Program-made: the position numbers and the translations under genes
Part shown: piece after piece, positions 1 through 9,868 of the stretch
Numbering within the stretch: position 1 is the stretch's first letter
Layout of the letters: every line of letters begins with the position of its first letter
NCBI GenBank assembly: GCA_034004025.1
Contig: JAVEXM010000001.1
Span: forward strand, 4,203-68,202
DNA: 64,000 nucleotides
Reading direction: 5' to 3'
Source: Bacteroidales bacterium
GTDB lineage: Bacteria > Bacteroidota > Bacteroidia > Bacteroidales > VadinHA17
The notes under the pieces: generated by a model
What the model was told of the DNA's origin: nothing
What the model saw: the letters and a program-made list of their open reading frames with translations, nothing else
The model's database searches: none

Positions 1-1494
1 ACCAAATATACCGGCGACCTGAAGCTGCCGGGCATGCTTCATGCACGTATACTCAGGCCTCCGTCGCACGGGGCGACACTGGTCTCTGCCGACCTCTCCG
101 GTGCCGAGGCAATCGAAGGGGTAAGGGTCGTTCGCGACGGCGACTTCATTGCAGTGCTGAGTGAAGAGCGTGACCTCGTTGACCTGGCTGTGGTACGGAT
201 AGACGCAGAGTACGCCTTTGATGAGATGAAGGTCAGCGATGAGACGGTCTTTGATCACATCAACAAAGGTGAGTACAGGGTCAATGTTGTGCGCAGTGCA
301 GGAGATATTGAGGCGGCACCGGAAATATGCAACAGGCTGTTCGAACAGGAATACCACGACCCTTATCTTGCACATGCTCCCATCGAAACGCACACAGCCC
401 TTGCCCGTTTCGAGGGAGACAAGCTGACGGTCTGGGCCTCCACACAGTCGCCCTTCGGGTTGCAGGACAGCCTGGTGAGGGAGTTTGGCCTGCCGCTGGA
501 GAAGGTGAGGGTTATTACTCCCTTCGTCGGCGGCGGCTTCGGAGGTAAGAGTCCTCACCGCCAGGGTGTCGAGGCTGCAAAGCTGGCGCGTATGACCGGA
601 AGACCGGTGATGGTGGCCTGGACCCGCGATGAGGAGTTCTTCTATGACACCTTCCATCCGGCATCGGTGGTGAAGGTGAAATCGGGTATTGACAGCGAGG
701 GAAAGCTCCTTCTGTGGGATTACCATGTTTATCTTGCAGGGACAAGAGGTGCGGATGTGATATATGATGTGCCACATAACCGGATCACCAGCTACAGTGA
801 AGATAGAGACAGATATCCTGTCCATCCATTTGGCACCGGAGCGTGGCGGGCACCCAACAACAACACCAACACCTTCGCACGCGAGACTCAGGTTGACATC
901 ATGGCCGCAACGGCAGGTATCGACCCGCTGGAGTTCCGGCTGAAGAACCTCAGGGATGAGAAGATGATCGGTGTCCTGAAAGCGGTGGCAGAGAAATTCG
1001 GATATGTACCCGGCAAGACTCCTTCAGGAAGAGGCATAGGCATTGCCTGCGGTACGGACGCAGGCACCTGGGTGGCCCACATGGCTGAAGTGGAGGTTGA
1101 CCGGAATACGGGGAAGGTGAAGGTGTTACGGCTGGCATGTGCCCAGGATATGGGACTCTGTGTCAATCCGCAGGGTGCATTGTTGCAGATGGAGAGCTGC
1201 CTTACCATGGGACTCGGATACACGCTCACCGAGGAGGTGAAGTACGAGGGAGGCAACATTCGCGACAGGAACTTCGACAGCTACGAGATACCGCGTTTCT
1301 CATGGTTGCCGAAGCTTGACTGCGTCATCATGGACCGGAAGGACCAGGCGCCGCAGGGTGGAGGTGAACCTGCAATTATAGGCGTAGGTGCGGCAGTGGG
1401 CAACGCCATCTTTGACGCCACCGGCGCCAGGCTCTTCAGGGTTCCGTTTACGCCGGAGAGAGTGCTGGAGGCGATAAACAGTCTGAAAGTCTAA
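1..1494 (+). CDS. xanthine dehydrogenase/aldehyde oxidase family molybdopterin-binding subunit, C-terminal part (5' end lies outside the window)
   Basis: Frame 1 is open from nt 1 (TKYTGDLKLPGMLHARILRPP...). The ORF track gives 34..1494. The GGGFGGK motif and the QGGGEPA segment near the C-terminus are typical of this family. Confidence 0.8.
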   Translation, partial: TKYTGDLKLPGMLHARILRPPSHGATLVSADLSGAEAIEGVRVVRDGDFIAVLSEERDLVDLAVVRIDAEYAFDEMKVSDETVFDHINKGEYRVNVVRSAGDIEAAPEICNRLFEQEYHDPYLAHAPIETHTALARFEGDKLTVWASTQSPFGLQDSLVREFGLPLEKVRVITPFVGGGFGGKSPHRQGVEAAKLARMTGRPVMVAWTRDEEFFYDTFHPASVVKVKSGIDSEGKLLLWDYHVYLAGTRGADVIYDVPHNRITSYSEDRDRYPVHPFGTGAWRAPNNNTNTFARETQVDIMAATAGIDPLEFRLKNLRDEKMIGVLKAVAEKFGYVPGKTPSGRGIGIACGTDAGTWVAHMAEVEVDRNTGKVKVLRLACAQDMGLCVNPQGALLQMESCLTMGLGYTLTEEVKYEGGNIRDRNFDSYEIPRFSWLPKLDCVIMDRKDQAPQGGGEPAIIGVGAAVGNAIFDATGARLFRVPFTPERVLEAINSLKV

Positions 1495-1506
1495 AGGTCC
1501 TGATTT

Positions 1507-1661
1507 TCAGTCTTCAGCCTACAGTCACCAGTCTTCAGTCCTGACTGCCGACTGCCGACTGCGATTGCCGACTGCCGACTGCAACTGCCGACTGCCGACT
1601 GTCGACTGCAACTGCCGACTGCGATTGCCAACTGCCGCATGCGACTGCCGACTGCCGACTG
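1507..1661. repeat. CAGT/ACTG-core 6-7 nt microsatellite array, locus 1 (5 units in CAGT orientation, then 18 units in ACTG orientation)
   Basis: Hand-parsed units: tcagtct tcagcct acagtca ccagtct tcagtcc | tgactg ccgactg ccgactg cgattg ccgactg ccgactg caactg ... ccgactg ccgactg. The array starts 13 nt after the TAA stop at 1492-1494. Confidence 0.9.
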
Positions 1662-1682
1662 AACCATGAGCATCATGAGAAG

Positions 1683-1717
1683 AAAAAAGGAGGGAAGCCA
1701 AAGCCACCCTCCTTTTT
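1683..1717. terminator. bidirectional rho-independent terminator hairpin between the convergent xdh-like and susD-like genes
   Basis: aaaaaaggaggg (1683-1694) pairs with ccctccttttt (1707-1717) across a 12-nt loop. A-run and T-run flanks give a U-tract on both strands. Confidence 0.75.
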
Positions 1718-1736
1718 ATATAGACAGACTAAAACT

Positions 1737-3179
1737 CTATTTACCTGCTGAATACCACGAGTTCTGCTCAAGGAGATTATTGACCTCCATCTCGCGGAAG
1801 GGTATGGGAAGTATAAGGTTACCGGCATCGTATGCAAAGCCACCGATATTCATCTCCCACCTCTTGAGGTCATGCAGACGGTGCCCTTCCCAGCAAAGTT
1901 CGAGGTATCTCTCCTCCCTTATCTGTTCCCGGGTCACTTCCGTAGTGTAAAGTGGCGCCTCGGCCCTGTCGCGGATAATGTTGATATCCTCTGTCGGGGT
2001 GTTCGGACCTACGTCTGCTGCAGGATTTTCGAAGTTGGCCTCTGCCCTTATGAGGTACATCTCAGCGAGCCTGATGAGGGGAATATTCCTATAGTAGTCG
2101 CCCCACTTGGAAGTGTTGATCCCACCATTGTTGAGGATTGTTCCAACACCCTTGTAATACATCATCGTGATATTATCGATAGTATATCCTGTCTCGGTAT
2201 CAGACTGATACATACCTCGAAGGTCAGACGGAGCGAACCTGTTGAGAAACACCTGCTGGATCTCATAGTCTCCCCTGCCTGCGCCGGCCAGGGATGCATA
2301 CATCACAGGCAGCCATCCAATGCTTGAGTTTATGTTCTTCTGAATGGCGAAGATGTCCTCAACCGAATTCTCTGCATTGTTGAAGGCTCCCAGTGGAGTA
2401 GCCGTCAGTCCGAACAGATCACTCTCTATGACCCTGTTGGCTTCATTGGCTGCCGAGGCCATGTTTCCCGTCTGGAGGTACAGCCTGGCAAGCACGGCGC
2501 TTGCTGTCATTGATGAGGCATAGACGCCGTTTTCGTCAGGCAGCAGGTCGCGTGCAGCGATGAGGTCCTGTTCCGCTCTCAGATAGCACTCCTCCACACT
2601 GTTCCTTGGCACCGGTACAGCATCTGCCACATCACTGGTGGGGGTCAGCACAATGGGAATACCCGGCTGGTTGTTTGACTGATTTGGCTCATAGGGAAGT
2701 CCGAAGATCCTGGTCAGTTCGAATATAGTCCAGCCCCTGAGGAACAGAGCCTCACCCTTAACCAGGTCGGCATCGTCGCTGTCCAGCAGCGCAATGACAT
2801 CATCCTGCAACAGTGTATTGCATGTGTTAATGAGACTGTAGGCCTCTGTCCAGGTATATTCAACGAAGCTGTTTGTTGTAGTGGCTTCTTTGTTGATAAA
2901 CTCACGTGGCTGCTGATATGTGCCCATGAATTTCAGGTCTGTAGTTGCGGCATACAGTTCACTGTACTCATTTAAGTACGATCCGAAGATTCCGTCGCTG
3001 CTTGCCTGGAGGTATGCACCCACCAGGGCAGCCTTTATGTTGTCAGGAGTGGTGAGGGCCACCTCTGCGTCGATTGACTGTTTTGGCTTAATCTCAAGCT
3101 TCTCTGTGCATGAGAACAGCATTGCCAATACCGGAACAATCAATATCCAGAATTTGTATTTGCTTATTATATTTTTCAT
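1737..3179 (-). CDS. SusD/RagB family nutrient-binding outer membrane lipoprotein
   Basis: 480 aa with a lipoprotein signal (..LAMLFSC TEK). It lies immediately downstream of a SusC-like gene, and its length and composition are typical of SusD-like proteins. Confidence 0.85.
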   Translation of the reverse strand: MKNIISKYKFWILIVPVLAMLFSCTEKLEIKPKQSIDAEVALTTPDNIKAALVGAYLQASSDGIFGSYLNEYSELYAATTDLKFMGTYQQPREFINKEATTTNSFVEYTWTEAYSLINTCNTLLQDDVIALLDSDDADLVKGEALFLRGWTIFELTRIFGLPYEPNQSNNQPGIPIVLTPTSDVADAVPVPRNSVEECYLRAEQDLIAARDLLPDENGVYASSMTASAVLARLYLQTGNMASAANEANRVIESDLFGLTATPLGAFNNAENSVEDIFAIQKNINSSIGWLPVMYASLAGAGRGDYEIQQVFLNRFAPSDLRGMYQSDTETGYTIDNITMMYYKGVGTILNNGGINTSKWGDYYRNIPLIRLAEMYLIRAEANFENPAADVGPNTPTEDINIIRDRAEAPLYTTEVTREQIREERYLELCWEGHRLHDLKRWEMNIGGFAYDAGNLILPIPFREMEVNNLLEQNSWYSAGK

Positions 3180-3197
3180 GACTATTGGTATTTAGCG

Positions 3198-6100
3198 TTA
3201 GAATGAGAGGTTTATACCAAGAGTATAGGTCCTTGCCTGCGGTGCAGTGTAGAAATCATAACCCTGGATAATGTTGTTGTTCTGCGTTGACCTGCCGGCT
3301 CCCAGATAGTTTACTTCAGGGTCCCATCCCTTGTACTTTGTCAGCGTATAGAGGTTCTGAACGCCAACATAGACTCTTACTGAGGACATGTTAATCCGTG
3401 ACGTCAGACTCTTGGGCAGTGTATAACCCAGGTTCACGTTTCTGAACCTGACATATGAACCGTCTGAGAGATATCTGCTTGACTCCTTCGTGCCGTTTCC
3501 GTCGCCAAGGCGTGCCTGGGGCACATCTGTGATGTCGCCCGGCTGTTGCCATCTGTTCATCTGGTCCACCGTCTGGTTGTCAAACCAGTCGCCGTTGGCC
3601 GACTGGTAAACACCGGCACCGTTGTAGATTTCATTGCCGTATACAAAGCTGATAAGCACGTTGAGATCTATGCCTGCATATTCAAAGTAGTTGTTGAAAC
3701 CGCCTGTAAAGTCAGGGTTGGGCGATCCAACTATCTGCTTCTCGGCAATGTTGTAGTTGTTTGTTGTCTCATCGCTGTCGGCGCTGATATAGTAAAGGGC
3801 ATCACCGTTTTCCGGATCCACACCTGCATATTTAACGATATTAAATACACCTATAGGCTGACCTTCCATAACATAGTTGATCGAGTTGGGTGTGATCTCA
3901 GGTCCGTTTATGTCGATGATGGTGTTCTTGTTAAACGCCATGTTGAAGTCTGTTGTCCAGATAAATTCACCGGTAAGGTTGTTTGAATGGATTGAGAATT
4001 CCACACCCTTGTTCTCCAGTTCACCCACGTTGCTCCAGACCCCTTCAAAGCCCGATGTTGCGGGAAGGGTTCTGTAAAGGAGCAGGTCAGTGGTTTTCTT
4101 CTGGTACCAGTCGAATTCACCTGTGATCCTGTTGTTAAAAAAGCCAAAGTCAAGGCCGAGGTTAAGCTGAGCGGTATTTTCCCATCCCAGTTCCCTGCTC
4201 TGCAGCTGCGTTACCTCCAGTCCTGTCCGACCGGCATAATTGACACCTGAATAGAGTGCAAGGTGGGCATAATCGGGAATTCCCGAGTTACCTGTGATAC
4301 CATAGCTGGCTCTTGCCTTCAGGTAGCTCAGGACATCCCTTATTCCTGACATGAAGTCCTCCTGGGTGATTATCCACCCGGCCGAGCCGGCAGGGAAGAA
4401 TCCGAACCTGTTGTCAATGCCGAATCTCGACGAACCGTCAACACGGCCGCTGAGGGTAAAGAAGTACTTTTCATTGATCTTGTAGTTTGCGCGTGCAAAG
4501 TAAGAGAGATATGAGGTAGCTTCCTCCCATCCACCGTAGGTAGTTACCTCGGCAGCGTTGCTTATGTTGGTAAAATCATCAGTAGGAAATCCTTTGCCGA
4601 CGATATCTGAACCAATGCTGTTTGACTGCTGGTATGACATACCTCCCACGAGGTTGATATGGTGAACGCCAAGCGTCTTTATATAGGTCAGGTAGTTTTC
4701 CCAGTTATAGTTGATAACCCTGACAGAACGGTTCTGTGCTTCACCTGCCGGTCCGCCGGTGATTGTCTCCCTGCCCCAGAAATTCTTCTCCCTAAGGTCA
4801 TATATGTCAGTACCAAACTCGCTCTTGAAGGAAAGGTCCTTATAAATCTTGTAGGCAGCATAGATGTTTGCCAGCGACCTGAACGATGTCTGGTTGTTGG
4901 TTTCGTCCCTGAGGGATATAAGGCTGTTATAATAAATGGTCTCAGTATTCAGCTCGCCTGTCTCCGGATCATAGACAGGGGTGAGGGGCGACTGTGCCAC
5001 GAGCTGCAGCGGGGTAGCGAATGCGTTGTCGTTCTGCACGCGTTCCATCTCAGTGCGGATGACGTTCATCTGCATGCCGAAGCTGAACTTTTCGGTAGCC
5101 TGCTGGTCAAGGTTGAGCCTTGCGCTCATCTTGTTCATGTTGTTGCCAAGAAGGATGCCTTTGGTATCGTCATATGAGAGGCCCGCATAATACCGGGTTT
5201 TTTCAGTACCACCAGATCCGGATACGTTGATCCTGTTGAGCGATCCTTTCTGAAAAGCCTCCTTCTGCCAGTCGGTATCGTAACCGTCATCCCATGTTGG
5301 GCCAACATACATTTCCCATATATCCTCCTTCGGAAGCCAATCCCATACCAGTCCGCCAACGGAGACGTTCTCCATGGACTCATTGAAGAGCTCAAGGTAC
5401 TGGTCGGCATTCAGCCACTCAACCATCCGGCTGGGCTCACTGATACCGGTAGTATACTGTACATCAAATTTTGTGGCACCCGCCTTGCCTCTCTTGGTCT
5501 GGATGATTACCACACCGTTTGAGGCCCTTGAGCCGTAGATGGCTGCTGCTGATGCATCCTTCAGGATCTGTATTGACTCCACATCAGTCATTGCAAGGTC
5601 AGCCAGCGGGCTGGTAGGCTGGTTCCCTGAATTGGAGAGGTTTTCTGCTGTGATAGGCACACCATCAACTACATACAGGGGCTGGTTGTTTGCTGAGACA
5701 GATGATGACCCACGGATCCTCATCTTCACCGTCTCGCCCAATTTTCCGCTGGCCTGCTCTATGAATACACCCGAGGTCTTACCCTGGATAGCCGACTCAA
5801 AGCTGGCAGAAGGGATCTCGGCTATACCCTTTGTCTCAACCTTGGTGATAGCTCCGGTGAGTTCCCTCTTAATGGCCGAACCATAACCAACGACAATGAC
5901 CTCATCAAGGCCCACATCATCAAGTTCCATAGTTACATTGATAACATTTCCGGTGCCGACCACAATTTCCTGTGACTTCATCCCTACATACCTGAAAACA
6001 AGGGTATTGCCAGGTTCTGCTGTGATGGAGTACTTTCCGTCCATGTCTGTGGCTGTTCCAACAGAGGTACCCTGGACAAGGACTGTGGCACCGATGACGG

Positions 6101-6209
6101 GCAATCCGTCACCTTTGTCTGTAATTACCCCGGTAATGGTATTCTGCTGTCCGACAGCAGAAAATCCCAAAACACAGGAGATCAGACTCATTAAAAATAG
6201 TTTTCTCAT
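3198..6209 (-). CDS. SusC/RagA family TonB-linked outer membrane transporter
   Basis: 1003 aa. It has a signal peptide, an N-terminal carboxypeptidase-regulatory-like segment (ITGVITDKGDGLPVIGATVLVQGTSVGTATDMDGKYSI), a plug/barrel, and a C-terminal ...YTLGINLSF. Confidence 0.9.
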   Translation of the reverse strand: MRKLFLMSLISCVLGFSAVGQQNTITGVITDKGDGLPVIGATVLVQGTSVGTATDMDGKYSITAEPGNTLVFRYVGMKSQEIVVGTGNVINVTMELDDVGLDEVIVVGYGSAIKRELTGAITKVETKGIAEIPSASFESAIQGKTSGVFIEQASGKLGETVKMRIRGSSSVSANNQPLYVVDGVPITAENLSNSGNQPTSPLADLAMTDVESIQILKDASAAAIYGSRASNGVVIIQTKRGKAGATKFDVQYTTGISEPSRMVEWLNADQYLELFNESMENVSVGGLVWDWLPKEDIWEMYVGPTWDDGYDTDWQKEAFQKGSLNRINVSGSGGTEKTRYYAGLSYDDTKGILLGNNMNKMSARLNLDQQATEKFSFGMQMNVIRTEMERVQNDNAFATPLQLVAQSPLTPVYDPETGELNTETIYYNSLISLRDETNNQTSFRSLANIYAAYKIYKDLSFKSEFGTDIYDLREKNFWGRETITGGPAGEAQNRSVRVINYNWENYLTYIKTLGVHHINLVGGMSYQQSNSIGSDIVGKGFPTDDFTNISNAAEVTTYGGWEEATSYLSYFARANYKINEKYFFTLSGRVDGSSRFGIDNRFGFFPAGSAGWIITQEDFMSGIRDVLSYLKARASYGITGNSGIPDYAHLALYSGVNYAGRTGLEVTQLQSRELGWENTAQLNLGLDFGFFNNRITGEFDWYQKKTTDLLLYRTLPATSGFEGVWSNVGELENKGVEFSIHSNNLTGEFIWTTDFNMAFNKNTIIDINGPEITPNSINYVMEGQPIGVFNIVKYAGVDPENGDALYYISADSDETTNNYNIAEKQIVGSPNPDFTGGFNNYFEYAGIDLNVLISFVYGNEIYNGAGVYQSANGDWFDNQTVDQMNRWQQPGDITDVPQARLGDGNGTKESSRYLSDGSYVRFRNVNLGYTLPKSLTSRINMSSVRVYVGVQNLYTLTKYKGWDPEVNYLGAGRSTQNNNIIQGYDFYTAPQARTYTLGINLSF

Positions 6210-6336
6210 GTTCTGAAAAGTTAGAGTTTGTAATAAAAAGAATAAACAAGATGAAGACCGCTAAAATATCAATTTATCACATTTAGTTTTGGAGGAAAAT
6301 GCAAAAAAAAGTTAAAGATATCAAAGCACCATAAAA

Positions 6337-6888
6337 TCAGGCTGAGGCAGGCTTGCTTCTGCTGAAGAATGAGAAGTTTACGTTTCCGTATTTTCGGTGT
6401 TCGGTCAGTGATGGGTGTGAGGAGAAATCGAGTGATTTCGGGTGCTCAAGGATGAAGAGGGTGGCAGGGGTTACGGCACGGGAACGCAGCACCATGTCGG
6501 GTATCATTGTCAGCCACTTAAGGTCATAGGGTGGGTCGGCAAATATTATGTCATAGCTCTTATGGCATATCTTAAGCCAGTCGCGCACATCCAGCCGGTG
6601 TACCTTGGCTGATGTAAGTTCCAGGCTCTGCAGGGTGCGACGGATGAATTCACAGTTGCGCCTGTCGGTCTCAATGATGTCAATGTCGGTGGTGCCCCTT
6701 GATGCAAATTCATAGCTGATGGCTCCGGTGCCCCCGAAGAGGTCGAGCAGAGATATCTCGGAGAATTCGTACCTGTTGTCGAGGATGTTCAGCAGGCCTT
6801 CGCGTGCGAAATCGGTTGTGGGCCGGGCCTTGAATCCTGCCGGTGGCTCGATGAACCGTCCCTTGAGTCTTCCTCCGATTATTCGCAC
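6337..6888 (-). CDS. rsmD: 16S rRNA (guanine966-N2)-methyltransferase RsmD
   Basis: 183 aa. N-terminal MRIIGGRLKGR, SAM-binding LDLFGGTGAISYE, and the catalytic ADPPY motif. Confidence 0.85.
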   Translation of the reverse strand: MRIIGGRLKGRFIEPPAGFKARPTTDFAREGLLNILDNRYEFSEISLLDLFGGTGAISYEFASRGTTDIDIIETDRRNCEFIRRTLQSLELTSAKVHRLDVRDWLKICHKSYDIIFADPPYDLKWLTMIPDMVLRSRAVTPATLFILEHPKSLDFSSHPSLTEHRKYGNVNFSFFSRSKPASA

Positions 6889-7739
6889 GATGCTGCAGTG
6901 AAGAGATTGAGCCAGCGGTGGAGATGCACTTCATTCATTACATAACTGAAACTGTGCTTTATAAGCGGTACGGCGAATTTAATATTCTCCGCAAAGTTCA
7001 GGAGTGAGATATGGCTCTCACTGTAAGGCTCGATGGTTCCGCTGATATGAATCGTCTCCTCTCTTGCGATGCCTCTCCTGTCAAGCACGTTAAAAAGAAA
7101 ATAGCCAGTGTCAGTGACCGCGGAGCAGGCAAAGCTGTTGCAAAAGACAAGGTTCCTGTTCTCGGTTATGATGACCGTGATAAAGCTCTTTTCAAAGTGA
7201 AGGTGAATATATCTTTCATCAGAGGACCGGCATGCAGCCGAGACATGGTGCAGCAACGGCCTGGTGTGATGCCATGGTGTGACGTCGCGCCATCGTGAGG
7301 CAAGTGTCTCAACAACATCTGTCTCCGCAGAGAAGAGCACAACCCCGTCGGGAAAATCCAGCCTGTTTGAGTATATCTCCGTCTCTTCGGCGGAGTGATG
7401 GTTAAAGCGGAAATAATCTTCCTGGAGGGCAGGCTCGTATACGGGTGCGGGCACCATGGTGTAGCGAAGTGAAGGGACGGTGATGAATACCTTCCGGTAT
7501 TTTCTCTTCAGGAAGTCGTCAGCCTCTATGATTTCCCCGATGGGCCTGAGGGCTGTGTCATCAGGAATAGCTCGAGGGTAGTGTCTCAGCATGACATACC
7601 TGCCCCGAAGGAGGTCAAGAACCGCCAGGGAGACGCCCTCTTCAGAAAGTTCGAGTGTAAGGTCGTAATTGTCTGTCGCGTTTATGTCGAGGGTCTCGTC
7701 AAGGAGCTCCAGGGGATATAGCTGCGACCTGCTCATCAA
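6879..7739 (-). CDS. DUF3822-like protein (conserved Bacteroidota partner of rsmD)
   Basis: 286 aa, overlapping rsmD by 10 nt. The call rests mainly on remembered synteny and general resemblance, not on a search. Confidence 0.5.
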   Translation of the reverse strand: MMSRSQLYPLELLDETLDINATDNYDLTLELSEEGVSLAVLDLLRGRYVMLRHYPRAIPDDTALRPIGEIIEADDFLKRKYRKVFITVPSLRYTMVPAPVYEPALQEDYFRFNHHSAEETEIYSNRLDFPDGVVLFSAETDVVETLASRWRDVTPWHHTRPLLHHVSAACRSSDERYIHLHFEKSFITVIITENRNLVFCNSFACSAVTDTGYFLFNVLDRRGIAREETIHISGTIEPYSESHISLLNFAENIKFAVPLIKHSFSYVMNEVHLHRWLNLFTAASCE

Positions 7740-8371
7740 TCCTCCCAGTTCCCGGCATTGTTATTGGGTATCTTCACATCACCCACCTTCATGCCCGGGA
7801 AACCGGTGATCTTTGTCCTCTGATCATTGTAGTTTACCACCAGCTGGCGGTCGAGGTCTCCCAGGAATACATCGTTCAGGACGTAAGCCTCGAAGACGTT
7901 GACCATCACCATTGACGTGGTCATCACCCTGCCCGCCGACATCTGGAACTCCGTATCCTCCATTCCGGGTACGAAACGCAGGTTCTCAATGGGGTAACCC
8001 TGGTAGAATATTGAATCACGTACCGGAATGTAGCTGGTATCCCTGCTGATGAGACCTCTTTTTACGGCTTCTCTTTCGCTTGTGATACCCTCCGCGATCA
8101 TCTCGTCAGTGAGTGCGCCACGTTTGAAGACGAGAGGCAGGGAGTCGGTCTTGAGGAATGTGATCAGCGTGTCAAAGCTTCCTGTGTAGTATCCCTTGAC
8201 TGACTTGAACGCCTCCTGTGCTGTACGGATGTCGATAAGCCGTTCTTTGACAGCCGCTTCCCTCGCATCTTTTTCCTTGTTGAACCGGATCGGTTCCATG
8301 ATGCTCTGGATGAGGAAATAAGCGAGCACAAGAATAATCACTGAAAATACGATGTTGAGAGCCGTTTTCAT
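7736..8371 (-). CDS. hypothetical N-terminally membrane-anchored protein
   Basis: 211 aa with a single N-terminal TM helix (ALNIVFSVIILVLAYFLI). It overlaps the downstream gene by 4 nt, suggesting translational coupling. No recognised motif. Confidence 0.6.
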   Translation of the reverse strand: MKTALNIVFSVIILVLAYFLIQSIMEPIRFNKEKDAREAAVKERLIDIRTAQEAFKSVKGYYTGSFDTLITFLKTDSLPLVFKRGALTDEMIAEGITSEREAVKRGLISRDTSYIPVRDSIFYQGYPIENLRFVPGMEDTEFQMSAGRVMTTSMVMVNVFEAYVLNDVFLGDLDRQLVVNYNDQRTKITGFPGMKVGDVKIPNNNAGNWED

Positions 8372-8449
8372 ATTTTTCCGATAGATTGTTGAGTAACTTT
8401 GTGCAAATTTATAAAAAAAGCAGACCGGTATACGGATTGTTGGAAGAAA

Positions 8450-9868
8450 ATGAGGAAGGAGAATATCTGCAATCTTCTGGAAAAGAATCTGGGATACATA
8501 CCTACCGCGGATCAGTCCGACTGCATGCGTCTGCTCGCGGAATTCATCGTTGCCAATACCAATGATGTGATCTTCCTGTTGACCGGTTATGCCGGCACGG
8601 GCAAGACCAGCGTCATTGCCTCGCTGGTGAGCACTCTCACCACTCTTCGCCAGAAATCCGTTCTTCTCGCACCAACGGGCAGGGCCGCCAAGGTTCTGAA
8701 ATCCTATTCAGGCCAGGAGGCTCACACCATCCACCGGAAGATATACAGGCAGAAGTCGGCCACTGACGGGGTGGGCAAGTTCGTTCTTGACCGCAACCTT
8801 CATAAGGACACATATTTCATTGTGGATGAGTCGTCTATGATACCCGATGAATCATCTGACGGCTCAATGTTCGGCAGCGGGAAGCTGCTTGAGGATCTGC
8901 TGGAATATGTATATACCGGCCGCGACTGCAAGCTGGTGCTTGTGGGTGACGTGGCGCAGCTGCCGCCGGTGGGGTCGATTGTCAGTCCGGCCCTGGATGA
9001 GAATGTGCTTCGCGCCACCGGTTTTGCCCTTGAGACCTTCGAGCTGCGCCAGGTGATAAGGCAGAGCGAGGGTTCAGGCATACTGATGAATGCCACCGCC
9101 GTGAGGCAACAGGTGAACGACGGAGACCTGTCGGTGCCGGAACTGGTGCTGCAGCCATATAACGATATTGAGAGGCTGAGCGGCAATGACCTGATTGAAA
9201 GGCTCAGTGAGTCATATGACAGGTGCGGTACTGACGGTGCCATTGTAGTGGTCAACTCCAATAACCTGGCCAACAGGTATAACCAGGGAATCCGCAACCG
9301 TGTCTTTTACCGTGAGGAGGAGATAAGCACAGGTGACATCGTCATGGTTGTCAAGAATAATTATTACTGGCTCCGCGACGAGGAGAACAGTTCATTCATT
9401 GCCAACGGCGATATAGCCGAGGTGCGAAGGATCAGGAAATTCGAGGAGATGTACGGCCTGCACTATGCCGACATGACGCTCTGGTTTCGTGATGCGGAGT
9501 TGGAACTCGATGCCAAGGTGATGCTGGACACCCTCACTCTGCCCACCCCGTCACTCACTGCTGAGAAGTCGCGTGAGCTCTATTTCACCGTTCTGGCTGA
9601 TTATCCTGAAATACGGTCGAAGCGTAAACAGTTCGAGACGGTAAGGAACGACCCCTACTATAATGCCCTGCAGATCAAGTTCGCCTATGCCGTCACCTGC
9701 CACAAGTCGCAGGGCGGACAGTGGGAGAGGGTCTTTATTGACCAGGGTATGTTCAACCGGCAGGAGCCTACCATCGATTACCTGCGATGGTTTTACACGG
9801 CGCTGACAAGGGCGACGGAGAAGGTGTACCTGGTAAACTTCCCGGATAGCTGGTTCAGTCGGCAGTAG
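8450..9868 (+). CDS. RecD-like ATP-dependent DNA helicase (SF1)
   Basis: Walker A GYAGTGKTS, Walker B FIVDESSM, and C-terminal AYAVTCHKSQGGQW. I prefer the ATG at 8450 over the TTG at 8399 given by the ORF track. Confidence 0.8.
   Translation: MRKENICNLLEKNLGYIPTADQSDCMRLLAEFIVANTNDVIFLLTGYAGTGKTSVIASLVSTLTTLRQKSVLLAPTGRAAKVLKSYSGQEAHTIHRKIYRQKSATDGVGKFVLDRNLHKDTYFIVDESSMIPDESSDGSMFGSGKLLEDLLEYVYTGRDCKLVLVGDVAQLPPVGSIVSPALDENVLRATGFALETFELRQVIRQSEGSGILMNATAVRQQVNDGDLSVPELVLQPYNDIERLSGNDLIERLSESYDRCGTDGAIVVVNSNNLANRYNQGIRNRVFYREEEISTGDIVMVVKNNYYWLRDEENSSFIANGDIAEVRRIRKFEEMYGLHYADMTLWFRDAELELDAKVMLDTLTLPTPSLTAEKSRELYFTVLADYPEIRSKRKQFETVRNDPYYNALQIKFAYAVTCHKSQGGQWERVFIDQGMFNRQEPTIDYLRWFYTALTRATEKVYLVNFPDSWFSRQ

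Noticed and set aside
1491-1707. Two minus-strand ORFs of 60-61 aa (1491..1676 and 1525..1707) encoding SAVGSRQ-type repeats
   Set aside because: They are simply translations of the heptamer/hexamer microsatellite array. They show no start context, no coding-like composition outside the repeat, and frame-independent repetitiveness.
8399-8449. Upstream extensions of ORF-track models at 8399, 18735, 21243, 24150, 31840, 37794, 39395, 48246 and 59836
   Set aside because: These begin at TTG or other non-ATG codons, or add residues before an obvious signal peptide or family-typical N-terminus. In three cases a TAnnTTTG promoter motif, or the upstream gene's coding end, lies inside the extension. 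I used the downstream ATG instead.
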